Positions 26,868 to 36,218 of a stretch of DNA of 64,000 nt are shown piece after piece. Under the pieces are notes generated by a model. It was not told the DNA's origin. It saw nothing but the letters and a program-made list of their open reading frames with translations, and searched no databases. Both the position numbers and the translations under genes were made by a program. This stretch comes from Myxococcota bacterium. GTDB taxonomy: Bacteria > Myxococcota_A > UBA9160 > UBA6930. How positions within the stretch are numbered: position 1 is the stretch's first letter; every line of letters starts with the position of its first letter. Location: positions 3,232,001 to 3,296,000 of the forward strand of contig OZ245002.1 in NCBI GenBank assembly GCA_965223415.1. Direction: 5' to 3'.

Positions 26868-28958
26868 TCAGGCGGGCTCTACCTCGACCGGGATCCCCGT
26901 CATGAAGGCCTGGTTGCTCAGGGGCTCGTAGCTCCCGGGCCCGAAGGGCAGCAATCGGTTCGCGTTGACGCCGGGATGCCGCTCGGCCACCGCCATGCCG
27001 GGCGTCGCCGCGTTGCCCCAGCCGTGGGTCAGGGCCACGACGCCGGGCCGCAGCGTCTCGTCCCGATGCACGGCCGTCTCGACGCTCCCCCACGCGCTCC
27101 GGCAGCGCACCCGGTCGCCCTCGGCGAGCCCCCGCGCCTCTGCGTCGCCCGGGTGCATGTGCAGGGGGTTCTCCCGACGGCCGGGCCGCTTCAGCTTCTC
27201 GACGTTGTGGTACCAGCTGTTGTGCATGTGGGGCGTGCGCAGGCTGATCAGCTTGAGGGCGCCGGCGTCCTCCGCCCCGAGCTCTGCGAAGATCACCGCG
27301 CACCGGTCCAGGGCGCCTTCGTCGGCGAAGAGCGTCGGGCAGCAGTCGACGCGGCGATCGTCAGTCTGGATCCACTCGGTGAAGAAGCGCCCCGGGCGGA
27401 GCGGCTCAAACACCACACCACCCGGCGTGGCTCGCACCTCCTCGAAATCGATCCCGCGCGTGCGCATCATGTGGGCGATGCGGCCCGTCAGCTCCGGCTC
27501 AGGGCCGGTGTCGAGCACGCTCTTCAGGCCGAGGGCCTGCTCGAGCCTGCCCAGGATCCACCACTCGGGCCGGCGCTCGTGGCGCGGCGGCACGACCGGG
27601 TCGCTCCACTGCACGTACGGTCGCGCCTGCATGCCGAGGCCGGTCAGGTTCACGTCGGCGCGCTCGAAGGCATCAGTGCAGGGCAGCACCCAGTCCGCGA
27701 GCTCGCCGGTGGCGTTTCGATAGAGGTCGAGGGAGACGACCAGGTCGAGCCCCTCGATCGCCTCCCGCATCGCTGCCTCCCCGCCGACCGTGAGCACCGG
27801 GTTGCCCGCGATCACGAACAGCGCGCGAACCCCTCGGTGAAGCTCGTCGGCCATGAGGTTCCCCGGGAGACTGCCGCGGATGCGGCGCATACGGCCGTGG
27901 GGTCCGTCGAAGAAGTGCTTGCCGGGCCTGGTGCGGCCCGCCTTGGTGGCTGCGTAGAAGCCCAGGGAGTAGAGGCTGCCTCCCTCCCGGTCGAGGTTGC
28001 CGGTGACGAAGGAGAGCATCTGCAGGAGCCAGTAGGCGAGGGTGCCCTGCCGACCCATGTTGACGCCGGTCGACATGTGCACCGCCGCCCGCGATGCCGT
28101 GGCGAATTCCCGGCCGAGGGCGCGGATCCTCTCGGCCGGGAGCCCGACCACCTCGGCCACTCGTTCCGCCGGGTAGCCCGCCACGAAGGCCCGCAGCTCC
28201 GCCACCCGCGCCCCGTGCTCCGCGAGCGCCTCGGCATCCTCGTGCCCCTCGCGGAAGATCGTCTCGAGCAGGGCCGCCATCAGGTAGACGTCCGTGTCCG
28301 GGCGGATCTGCACGACTTCGCCGGTGCCCGCGTCCGGTTCCTCGATGCGGCGGGGGTTCACGTATCGCACCACCGCGCCGCGCGCGACGGCGCGCTTGAT
28401 GGCGCCCATCGGGTCGGGGATCGACAGGAAGCTCATGTGGGAGACGCGGGGGTTCTCTCCGAACAGGAGCAGGTGGTCCGTGTGCTCGATGTCGGGGACC
28501 GGATGGCAGGTGCCGGTACCGAACACGGCCTCGCTGCTCGCGAACTTGTTCGCGCAGTCCTGGGTGCCCGACCCGAAGGTCCGCCGCAGCCCGAGCTGGC
28601 CGAAGAAGGAGCCGATCGCTGGCCCCGCGAAGGTGTTGAAGGCGGTCGGGTTGCCGACGTAAGCGGCGATGGCGTCGGGCCCGTCTTCGTCGAGGATCCC
28701 CCGCAGCCGCTCCGCCATGTCGGCGATCGCCTCGTCCCAGCCGGCGTCGACGAATCCGCCCATCTCACGGCGTTGGGGGCGGTCGACCCGGTCCGGATCC
28801 CGGTGGATGTCGAGGGCCGCGATGCCCTTGTGGCAGGCGAAACCGCGGGAGACCGGGTGCTCCCGGTCCGGCCGGAGGCCCGCGATCTCGCCGCCCTCTA
28901 CCCGGGCGACCAGGCCGCAGGCGGGCTCGCAGACGCGACAGAAGGTGGGGACGTCCAT
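26868..28958 (-). CDS. Molybdopterin-dependent oxidoreductase (DMSO-reductase superfamily, cytoplasmic)
   Basis: CRVCEPAC...ACHKG Fe-S motif, GNLDREGG, HNSWYHN, PGVVALTHGWG; no Tat signal. Confidence 0.9.
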   Translation of the reverse strand: MDVPTFCRVCEPACGLVARVEGGEIAGLRPDREHPVSRGFACHKGIAALDIHRDPDRVDRPQRREMGGFVDAGWDEAIADMAERLRGILDEDGPDAIAAYVGNPTAFNTFAGPAIGSFFGQLGLRRTFGSGTQDCANKFASSEAVFGTGTCHPVPDIEHTDHLLLFGENPRVSHMSFLSIPDPMGAIKRAVARGAVVRYVNPRRIEEPDAGTGEVVQIRPDTDVYLMAALLETIFREGHEDAEALAEHGARVAELRAFVAGYPAERVAEVVGLPAERIRALGREFATASRAAVHMSTGVNMGRQGTLAYWLLQMLSFVTGNLDREGGSLYSLGFYAATKAGRTRPGKHFFDGPHGRMRRIRGSLPGNLMADELHRGVRALFVIAGNPVLTVGGEAAMREAIEGLDLVVSLDLYRNATGELADWVLPCTDAFERADVNLTGLGMQARPYVQWSDPVVPPRHERRPEWWILGRLEQALGLKSVLDTGPEPELTGRIAHMMRTRGIDFEEVRATPGGVVFEPLRPGRFFTEWIQTDDRRVDCCPTLFADEGALDRCAVIFAELGAEDAGALKLISLRTPHMHNSWYHNVEKLKRPGRRENPLHMHPGDAEARGLAEGDRVRCRSAWGSVETAVHRDETLRPGVVALTHGWGNAATPGMAVAERHPGVNANRLLPFGPGSYEPLSNQAFMTGIPVEVEPA

Positions 28959-29045
28959 GGCGGCACGGTAGCGCGGCCCGGGGCCTGGAATGCGGGCCGA
29001 CGTCGCCGATTCCGACCAAGGCTCCGAAGCGGCGACGGGCGGGAG

Positions 29046-29984
29046 CTAGTCGCTCCGCGCGAAAGCCGCGATGTCTTCCGCCACGGCCTCGGCCTGCAGC
29101 ACCGGCAGCATGTGACTCCCGCCGGGGTACACCTTCAGCGTCGCGTCCGGGATCACGCCCGACAGGTACTCGGCGATCGCAATCGGGGCGAGGCGGTCGT
29201 CGTCGCCGTGGAGGAGGAGGGTGGGGCGGGCGACCTGGTCCGCGGGAAAGCCGCCGTCGCCGGAGATGGAGAACATCTCCCCGCGGTAGGCCAGGAGCGT
29301 TTCGTGGCGGCTGAGGTTGGCGACGACGGTGGGAATCCACCAGTCGGGCTGCGGCTTGCTGCTGAAGGCTGCATCGCTGATCGCGGAGATCAGGCCGCGG
29401 CCGACGGCGGGGACGCGGGCCCGCCAGGCGAGCACCGGATCCGAGTAGAGGAAGCGCATGAAGGCGCCGGGGTCCAGGGGCTCCGCGTCGGCGGAGTCGG
29501 GCCCGCCGGTTCCCACGAGGACGATGCGTCCGATACGCGAGGCGTCCTCCGCCGCCGCGAGGATCGAGAGCACGCCGCCGTAGGACCAGCCGACGAGGGT
29601 GGCGTCCCGCAGGTCCAGGGCCGCGAGCAGCCCGAGCAGCTCCACGGTGTTCGCCTCGACCGAGGCCTCGCTCGGGTCCGGCCTCGGGTCCGAGCGCCCG
29701 TAGCCGACCCGGTCGTAGGCGAGGGCGCGGAAGCCGCGGGCCGCGAGGGCGGCGCTCGTGTTCTGCCAGTCGTAGCCGGTGCCGGGCAGGCCGTGGACCA
29801 GGACCAGCGGCGGTCCGCTGCCTTCCTCGAGCAGGTTCACGGCGAGGCCGTTCGCCACCACGACCCGGCGGCCCGGGGCGGGCAGCCTCGGGGGCGCCTC
29901 CGAGGAGAGGCCCGAGCACAGCGGGGGGACGACGACGGCGCCAAGGACCAGCAACGCGAGGACGAGGAGAAGGCGGCGAAGCAT
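29046..29984 (-). CDS. Alpha/beta fold hydrolase with N-terminal signal/TM
   Basis: VHGLPG, DRVGYGRS, GWSYGG nucleophile, HGDDD, GSHML. Confidence 0.88.
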   Translation of the reverse strand: MLRRLLLVLALLVLGAVVVPPLCSGLSSEAPPRLPAPGRRVVVANGLAVNLLEEGSGPPLVLVHGLPGTGYDWQNTSAALAARGFRALAYDRVGYGRSDPRPDPSEASVEANTVELLGLLAALDLRDATLVGWSYGGVLSILAAAEDASRIGRIVLVGTGGPDSADAEPLDPGAFMRFLYSDPVLAWRARVPAVGRGLISAISDAAFSSKPQPDWWIPTVVANLSRHETLLAYRGEMFSISGDGGFPADQVARPTLLLHGDDDRLAPIAIAEYLSGVIPDATLKVYPGGSHMLPVLQAEAVAEDIAAFARSD

Positions 29985-30024
29985 GGGAAGACGGTACCAT
30001 GCGGTCCCACGCCGAGGAGCCGCC

Positions 30025-31251
30025 ATGAGCACGAGCCCGTCCCCCGACCACGAGCCCCGCATCACCCCCCTCATCACCGATTGGGTGATCGACGTCGATA
30101 CCCACATCACCGAGCCCGGTGACCTGTGGACGAGTCGGCTTCCCGCCAAGTTCAAGGACCGGGCGCCGCGCATCGTGCGCGATCCCGAGACCGGCGTCGA
30201 GACCTGGCGCATCGGCGACAGCTCGGCCTTCATCCCCGTCGGCTTCACCGCCGTCGCGGGCTGGCCCGAGCCCTTCCCCGCGGCGCCGAAGAACATGGAC
30301 GAGGTGCCGAAGGCCGCCTATGACGCGAGCGCGCGCCTCGAGTACATGGACCGCGTCGGCATCTGGGCGATGGCCATCTATCCGAACGTCGGCGGCTTCG
30401 GCAGCCAGGCCTTCCTCGACCTGAAGGACCCGGAGCTGATGCTGGCGTGCGTGCGCGCCTACAACGACTTCCTCATCGACTGGATCTCGCCGGACCCGCG
30501 TCGCTTCATCCCCATCCTGGCGACACCGTTCTGGGACGTGGCGGCCTCCGTCGCCGAGATCGAGCGGGCCGCGAAGATCGGCCACAAGGGCGTGCTCTTC
30601 AGCGGCACACCCCAGAGCCACGGCATGCCGATCCTCGCGAGCCGTCACTGGGATCCGATCTGGGAGGCGGCGAACGCCTGCGACCTCCCTGTGAGCTTCC
30701 ACATCGGCACCGGCACCTTCGACGACGGCTTCACGCCGGAGCGAATCGGGACGACCGGCGCCGGCTGCACCAACGGCTTCACCGCCATCTCCCTCTTCCT
30801 CGACAACGGCAAGCAGCTCACGGATCTGCTCTTCTCGGGCGTCCTCCCGCGCTACCCGGATCTCAAGTTCCTCTCCGTGGAGTCCGGCATCGGCTTCATC
30901 CCCTTCATCCTCGAGGCTGCCGACTACACCTTCGAGTACGGCCAGGTTCGCAGGGAGCATCCCGAGTTCGAGCTCAAGCCGAGCGAGTACTTCGCCCGCC
31001 AGGTGTACGGCTGCTACATCTTCGAGGAGCACGCGCCGCGGGAGCTCCTGGACTCGATCGGTGCGGACAACGTGCTCTTCGAGACCGACTATCCGCACCC
31101 GGTCTGCCTCTACGGCAACGTGCGCGAGAAGATCGACGGGGGGCTGGGCAGCGTTTCGGAAGAGGCGCGCCGCAAGGTCCTCTTCGAGAACGCGGCGAAG
31201 CTCTACGGGATCGAGGAGCCCGACGTGCCGGCGCCGGCGCCGGTGGGCTGA
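30025..31251 (+). CDS. Amidohydrolase-2 family protein
   Basis: DVDTHITEP, AYNDF, SFHIG, VESGIGFIP, FETDYPH, ENAAKLY. Confidence 0.9.
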   Translation: MSTSPSPDHEPRITPLITDWVIDVDTHITEPGDLWTSRLPAKFKDRAPRIVRDPETGVETWRIGDSSAFIPVGFTAVAGWPEPFPAAPKNMDEVPKAAYDASARLEYMDRVGIWAMAIYPNVGGFGSQAFLDLKDPELMLACVRAYNDFLIDWISPDPRRFIPILATPFWDVAASVAEIERAAKIGHKGVLFSGTPQSHGMPILASRHWDPIWEAANACDLPVSFHIGTGTFDDGFTPERIGTTGAGCTNGFTAISLFLDNGKQLTDLLFSGVLPRYPDLKFLSVESGIGFIPFILEAADYTFEYGQVRREHPEFELKPSEYFARQVYGCYIFEEHAPRELLDSIGADNVLFETDYPHPVCLYGNVREKIDGGLGSVSEEARRKVLFENAAKLYGIEEPDVPAPAPVG

Positions 31252-31258
31252 GGGCGCC

Positions 31259-32386
31259 ATGAGCGGAGCGCAGACCGAGAGCCGCAAGGCCTTCCGCGAG
31301 CTGCTGGGTCTTCTCTCGGAGCTGGACGAGCGCTGGGCCGGGCCCGAATGGAATCTCCAGAGCGAGAGCGACGTGGTAGGCGCCCATCGAGCCGTCATGC
31401 ACATGCTGGAGGGGGGCCTGGTCACCTTCTTCGAGCACGAGCCGGAGCATCCCCGCTTCCGGCGGATCGTATCGCCCACGCGCAAGTTCACGGGCGACAA
31501 CCCGGACGCGATCTACTGGGACGCGCCGATCCGCGACGACCTCGCCTATCGGGTGCGCGGACGGATGGACGGGGCCGTCTACGTCTCCTTCACGATCGAG
31601 GTGGACACCCACGACGGAGCCATGGCTCAGAAGACCGGGGGGGTGCTCAACGACACCCAGTTCGACGTCGCGGAGGACGGCAGCTTCGAGGTCTTCTTCG
31701 GAGGCCCGCCCCGGGAGCGGAACTGGCTGGCGCTGGATCCGGGGGCGTCGCGCATCACCACTCGCCACTACTACGAGAACGAGACCGCGGCGGCCGCTGA
31801 TCCGCGGCGGCACCCGGCCCTCGAGATCGAGCCCCTCGAGCCGGCTCCGCCGCCCGCGGCGCCGGGCGACGCCAGTGTCGCGGCCGGCATCCGGCGCGTC
31901 CTCGCATTCGTGCGCAGCCGCACCCTCGACCAGCGCCCGATGAGCGAAAGCGGCCAGCCGCCCTTCGTGTCGATCGTTCCGAACACCTTCCCCGAGCCCG
32001 TGACGCCCGGCGACTTCGGCCTCGCCGCCTTCGACGCGGCCTACTCGATGGCGCCCTTCGTGCTCGGGCCCGACGACGCGCTCGCCATGACGGGCCGCTG
32101 GCCCACCTGCCGCTGCGCGAACGTCTCCCTGTGGAACCGCCACATGCAGACCTTCGACTACGCGAACCGCCAGGTGTCGCGCAATCGGGCCCAGACGACT
32201 CTCGAGCCCGACGGGAGCTTTCGCATGGTGCTGGCCCACCGGGACCCGGGCGTGCCGAACTGGATCGACACCGAGGGGCGGCCCTTCGGCATGGTCTTCT
32301 GGCGCTTCATGCTCGCCGAGGGCCCGATCGAGACGCCTCGCACCGAGGTCGTGCCCTTCGCATCCCTGGCAGGATCCGCCTCGTGA
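31259..32386 (+). CDS. DUF1214 domain protein
   Basis: KFTGDNPDAIY, YRVRG...YVSFT, DGSFRMVLAHRDPGVPNWIDTEG. Confidence 0.75.
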   Translation: MSGAQTESRKAFRELLGLLSELDERWAGPEWNLQSESDVVGAHRAVMHMLEGGLVTFFEHEPEHPRFRRIVSPTRKFTGDNPDAIYWDAPIRDDLAYRVRGRMDGAVYVSFTIEVDTHDGAMAQKTGGVLNDTQFDVAEDGSFEVFFGGPPRERNWLALDPGASRITTRHYYENETAAAADPRRHPALEIEPLEPAPPPAAPGDASVAAGIRRVLAFVRSRTLDQRPMSESGQPPFVSIVPNTFPEPVTPGDFGLAAFDAAYSMAPFVLGPDDALAMTGRWPTCRCANVSLWNRHMQTFDYANRQVSRNRAQTTLEPDGSFRMVLAHRDPGVPNWIDTEGRPFGMVFWRFMLAEGPIETPRTEVVPFASLAGSAS

Positions 32387-33321
32387 CGGATCTCTTCGAC
32401 TGCCCGATCCGCCTCACCGGCCCGTGGCGGACCCCGGCCCAGATGCTCGAGAAGCAGGACGTGGGGGGAGGGCGCACCTCCATCCACGACGACGCCACCG
32501 CCCAGAAGGTCGGCTTCCAGGGCGGCACCATCGAGGGGCCGACCCACTTCAGCCAGTTCGTGCCCCTGGGCCATCGCCTGTTCGGGGACGCCTGGTTCGA
32601 GCGCGGCTGTCTCTCGGCCCACTACCAGACCGCCTGCATGGAGGGCGAGGAGGTCCAGGCCTGGGCGGAGGAGCCGGCGGTGGGGGCCGGCGTCGCCCGG
32701 GCCGGTATGCACAAGCGCGACGGCTCGCCGGTGCTCTCGGCGACGCTCTCCGTCGGGCCGGACCACGGCGAGACCGAGCTCGACGCACTGCTCTCGCGCA
32801 TCCGGCCGGCGCAGAAGCTGGTCATCCTCCATGACGTGCGCGTTGGCATGAAGGGCGCCGAGGTCGAGCGCGTGCGCATGGACTTCGACCGGGAGATGGG
32901 CGCGCTCTATCCCTTCAGCCTGGCGGACAAGCTCGCGGTGATCACCGAGCCCTGCGCCTGGTACACCGCCGATGGCGCCAAGGACTCGCCCTGGGGCCGC
33001 CCCCCGATTCCGCTGGAGATGATCAGCGTCCTCACCCAGTACTCGTCGCGCCAGGCCGCCTTCCCGGTACGCCCGGCGGTGGGCCTCTTCGCCAACCAGG
33101 AGATCCGGCTGCTGGAGGGCCCGCTCTTCGTCGGCGAGGAGTACCGGCTCGAGCGGGAGGTGGTGGCGCTCAGCGAGAGCCGGCGGGCGGAGTCGATGTG
33201 GGTGCGGACCTCCGTGAGCGAGGCCGCGAGCGGCACCCTGGTCGCGACCACCCTGCTGAACAGCGCCGTGATGAAGGCGTCCTACCCGGATTACGAGGCC
33301 GAGCGCGAGGCGCGGGGCTGA
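32383..33321 (+). CDS. Hypothetical protein, probable double hot-dog fold
   Basis: SIHDDATAQKVGFQGGTIEGPTHFSQF (MaoC-like) and SPWGRPPIP...VGLFANQEI; GTG overlaps the upstream stop. Confidence 0.65.
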   Translation: MTDLFDCPIRLTGPWRTPAQMLEKQDVGGGRTSIHDDATAQKVGFQGGTIEGPTHFSQFVPLGHRLFGDAWFERGCLSAHYQTACMEGEEVQAWAEEPAVGAGVARAGMHKRDGSPVLSATLSVGPDHGETELDALLSRIRPAQKLVILHDVRVGMKGAEVERVRMDFDREMGALYPFSLADKLAVITEPCAWYTADGAKDSPWGRPPIPLEMISVLTQYSSRQAAFPVRPAVGLFANQEIRLLEGPLFVGEEYRLEREVVALSESRRAESMWVRTSVSEAASGTLVATTLLNSAVMKASYPDYEAEREARG

Positions 33322-34574
33322 CTTCGCCCCATCGCTCGCTGCCGCGTCTGCACCGCCTGCTGCCCGGCGTCTTCTACGGCTGGATCGTGGCGATCGGCTG
33401 CGGGCTGCTCTCCTTCGTGGTGGTGGGCATCGGCTTCTACGGCCTGGTCGTCTTCCTCGATGCCCTGGTGGCGGAGCACGGCTGGGATCGGGAGTCCGTG
33501 GCCGCTGCGACCAGTCTCTACTGGGTCGTGACGGGCTTCGCGGGCATTCCGATCGGCCGCGGCGTGGATCGCTTCGGCGCCCGCGGCTTCCTGCTCGCCG
33601 GCGTCCTGGTGATGGCGGTGAGCCTCGTCCTGATCGGCCGGGTCCAGGCGCCCTGGCAGATCTTCCCCCTCTACGTCGTGCTGGCGATCGGCTTCTCCCT
33701 GGCCGGGTCGATCCCGAGCGGTGCGATCATCACCCGCTGGTTCGCGGCCCGCCGCGGCGTTGCGATGATGCTGGCCCACACCGGCGTGTCCCTCGGTGGA
33801 ATGCTGCTCGTTCCCCTCTTCAGCGGATGGATCGCGGACGACGGGCTCACGGTTGCGACCGACCGGCTCGCCCTCCTTCTGCTCGCGGTGGCTGTCCCGG
33901 TGATCGCGTGGGTCCTCCGCAGCGAGCCCCGCTCCCACGGCCTCGCACCGGACGGCCTCCCGAACGAGCCGGCGAGCCCGGCGCCCCTCCCGCCCTCCGA
34001 CGCGGCCCCGAGATCCCAGTCCGACATCCTCCGGAGCCCCGCTTTCCTGCGCCTGGCCGCCGCCTTCGGATTGATGCTCTTCTGCCAGGTCGCCTTCGCG
34101 ATGCACGAGCTCGCCTACCTACGGGGGCGCATCGGCCCCGAGCTGGCCGCCCTCGCCGTGAGCGCGACGGCGGCCGGCAGCCTCGTGGGCCGCCTGGTCG
34201 TCGGGAGCTTCGCCGACCGGGTCGATCGCCGTCACCTCGCCGCCGGCCTCTTCCTGCTCCAGGCCGCCATGGTGGCGCTTGCCGCCCTCGGTGAGGGAGA
34301 GACGGTGCTCCTCGTGGCCGCGGCAGGCGTCGGCCTCACCATCGGCAACATCTTCCTCTTCCAGTCGTTGCTGGTGGCAGAGCTCTTCGGCATGGCCTCC
34401 TTCGGCTCCGCCCTGGGGCTGCTCCAGCTCGTCACCCAGGTCGCCAGCGGCCTCGGCCCCCTGGCGCTCGGCTTGCTGCGCGGGATCCACGGCGGGTACG
34501 AGCCGGCGCTCGCGTGGCTGGTGGGCGGTGCGTGTGTAGCAGCGGGGTTGGTGTGGGGGGTGCGGCGGGAGTAG
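33318..34574 (+). CDS. MFS transporter (probable CTG start)
   Basis: FYGWIVA, GRGVDRFGAR, ITRWFAARRGVA, GSFADRVDRR. Confidence 0.85.
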   Translation: MTSPHRSLPRLHRLLPGVFYGWIVAIGCGLLSFVVVGIGFYGLVVFLDALVAEHGWDRESVAAATSLYWVVTGFAGIPIGRGVDRFGARGFLLAGVLVMAVSLVLIGRVQAPWQIFPLYVVLAIGFSLAGSIPSGAIITRWFAARRGVAMMLAHTGVSLGGMLLVPLFSGWIADDGLTVATDRLALLLLAVAVPVIAWVLRSEPRSHGLAPDGLPNEPASPAPLPPSDAAPRSQSDILRSPAFLRLAAAFGLMLFCQVAFAMHELAYLRGRIGPELAALAVSATAAGSLVGRLVVGSFADRVDRRHLAAGLFLLQAAMVALAALGEGETVLLVAAAGVGLTIGNIFLFQSLLVAELFGMASFGSALGLLQLVTQVASGLGPLALGLLRGIHGGYEPALAWLVGGACVAAGLVWGVRRE

Positions 34575-34585
34575 CCGGGCTCGGC

Positions 34586-34752
34586 GGTCGATCGGGTCCT
34601 GGGAGGGGTGCGGGGCTTGGGTCTGGCTGGGATGGGGGCGCGTTGGGTGTCTCGCGGCTTCCTCCGCTCGCGCGTCGCAGCTGCGAAACACCCCGAACGC
34701 GCCCCCATCCCAACCGAACCCAAACTCGCATCACCCCACCGCCCGATCGACC
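34586..34752. repeat. Decayed ~167-nt inverted-repeat (hairpin) element
   Basis: GGTCGATCGGG...TGGGATGGGGGCGCGTT pairs with AACGCGCCCCCATCCCA...CCCGATCGACC; most mismatches are transitions. Confidence 0.75.
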
Positions 34753-34795
34753 TCCCCCCTACCCACGCACGCCTCCGTCCGACATCCTCCTCCCG

Positions 34796-35596
34796 GTGCC
34801 CCAACCCCCTCTCGACCTCTCCAGCGTCTTCCAGCTCGAGAGCCACGGTCCGGACACCTTCGTCGGAGAGAGCCCCGCCTACAGCTGGGGTGCGATCTAC
34901 GGCGGGCTCGCCGTGGCCCAGGCGCTGTGGGCCGCCACGCAGACCGTGGTGCCCGAGCACGGCGTCCACTCCCTCCACGCCTACTTCATCCGCGGCGGCG
35001 AGCTCGGCGAGCCGGTGCGCTACGAGGTGGACCGGGTGCGCAACGGCCGCTCCTTCACGACGCGCCGGGTGGTCGCGCGCCAGAGCGGCGGCGCCATCCT
35101 GACGGTGGGGTGCTCGTTCCAGGTGGAGGAGCGGGGCGCGGACGTGCAGGCGGGCTCGCTGCCGGAGGTGTCGGCGCCCGAGGAGCTGCGCGAGGAGTTC
35201 GATGCGGGAGCACCGCGTCGCGACGTTCCGAGCGGCGAGGATGCGCCCCGTTCCCGCATCTGGACCCGCTACCCGGTGCCGCTCGGAGGAGATCCGCGAT
35301 CGCAGGCCTGCGGGCTCGCCTATCTCTCGGATCTCAATCCGATGAGTGCCATCGGAAGCGCCTATCCGGAGCCGGTTCCGGAGGAGGAGGTGATGGCGGT
35401 GAGCCTGGACCATGCGGTCTGGTTCCACCGGCCGGCCCGTGTCGACGACGAGTGGCTGCTCCTCGATCTCGAGGGCCACGGCTTCGTCGGGACGCGGGGC
35501 CTCGCGACCGGGCTCGTGTTCAGCCGTGACGGTGTTCACGTCGCGACGATCGCCCAGGAGGGTCTGTTTCGGGATCGCCGGCGCCGCGGCGCCTGA
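34796..35596 (+). CDS. Acyl-CoA thioesterase II (TesB family)
   Basis: IYGGLAVAQAL, HSLHAYFIR, RNGRSFTTRRV, YLSD, SLDHAVWFH, AQEGL. Confidence 0.9.
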   Translation: MPQPPLDLSSVFQLESHGPDTFVGESPAYSWGAIYGGLAVAQALWAATQTVVPEHGVHSLHAYFIRGGELGEPVRYEVDRVRNGRSFTTRRVVARQSGGAILTVGCSFQVEERGADVQAGSLPEVSAPEELREEFDAGAPRRDVPSGEDAPRSRIWTRYPVPLGGDPRSQACGLAYLSDLNPMSAIGSAYPEPVPEEEVMAVSLDHAVWFHRPARVDDEWLLLDLEGHGFVGTRGLATGLVFSRDGVHVATIAQEGLFRDRRRRGA

Positions 35597-35639
35597 GGCG
35601 CCGCCCGATGGGGTAGGCTTCGCCCGGAACGGAGGCAGC

Positions 35640-36218
35640 ATGCGACGCCGGCTGGCCGGAGGACTCCTGCACATCCTGGGATGGCGAGCCGTGGAGGGCG
35701 AGGGCGTCCCCGCCCGCGCCGTCGTCGTGGCCGCGCCTCACACGTCGAACTGGGACTTCTTCTACCTGATCCTGTTCGCCTGGAAGTTCGGCGTCTCACT
35801 GGCCTTCGTCGGCAAGCACACCCTCTTCCTCGGGCCGATGGGACCGGTGATGCGCAGCCTCGGCGGTGTCTCGGTGGACCGCTCGCGTCCGGGCGGCATG
35901 GTCGGCCAGCTGGCCGAGGCCATGAAGCGCACCGATCGCCTGGCCCTGGTGATCCCCGCCGAGGGCTCGCGCGCCTGGCGGCCGCGCTGGAAGTCCGGCT
36001 TCTACCGCGTCGCCCAGGTGGCGGGGGTGCCCGTCAGCCTCTCGTTCCTCGACTACGAGCAGCGGGTCGGCGGGTTCGGCCCGTGCTTCGAGGTGACCGG
36101 GGACGTGAAGCGGGACATGGACCGCGTGCGTGCCTTCTACGCGGACAAGCAGGGGCGCTTCCCGGAGCGCTTCGGACCGATCGCACTGGAGGACGAGGAG
36201 GCCTCGACGACGTCGTGA
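35640..36218 (+). CDS. Lysophospholipid acyltransferase family protein
   Basis: APHTSNWD, PAEGSR, WKSGFY. Confidence 0.88.
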   Translation: MRRRLAGGLLHILGWRAVEGEGVPARAVVVAAPHTSNWDFFYLILFAWKFGVSLAFVGKHTLFLGPMGPVMRSLGGVSVDRSRPGGMVGQLAEAMKRTDRLALVIPAEGSRAWRPRWKSGFYRVAQVAGVPVSLSFLDYEQRVGGFGPCFEVTGDVKRDMDRVRAFYADKQGRFPERFGPIALEDEEASTTS

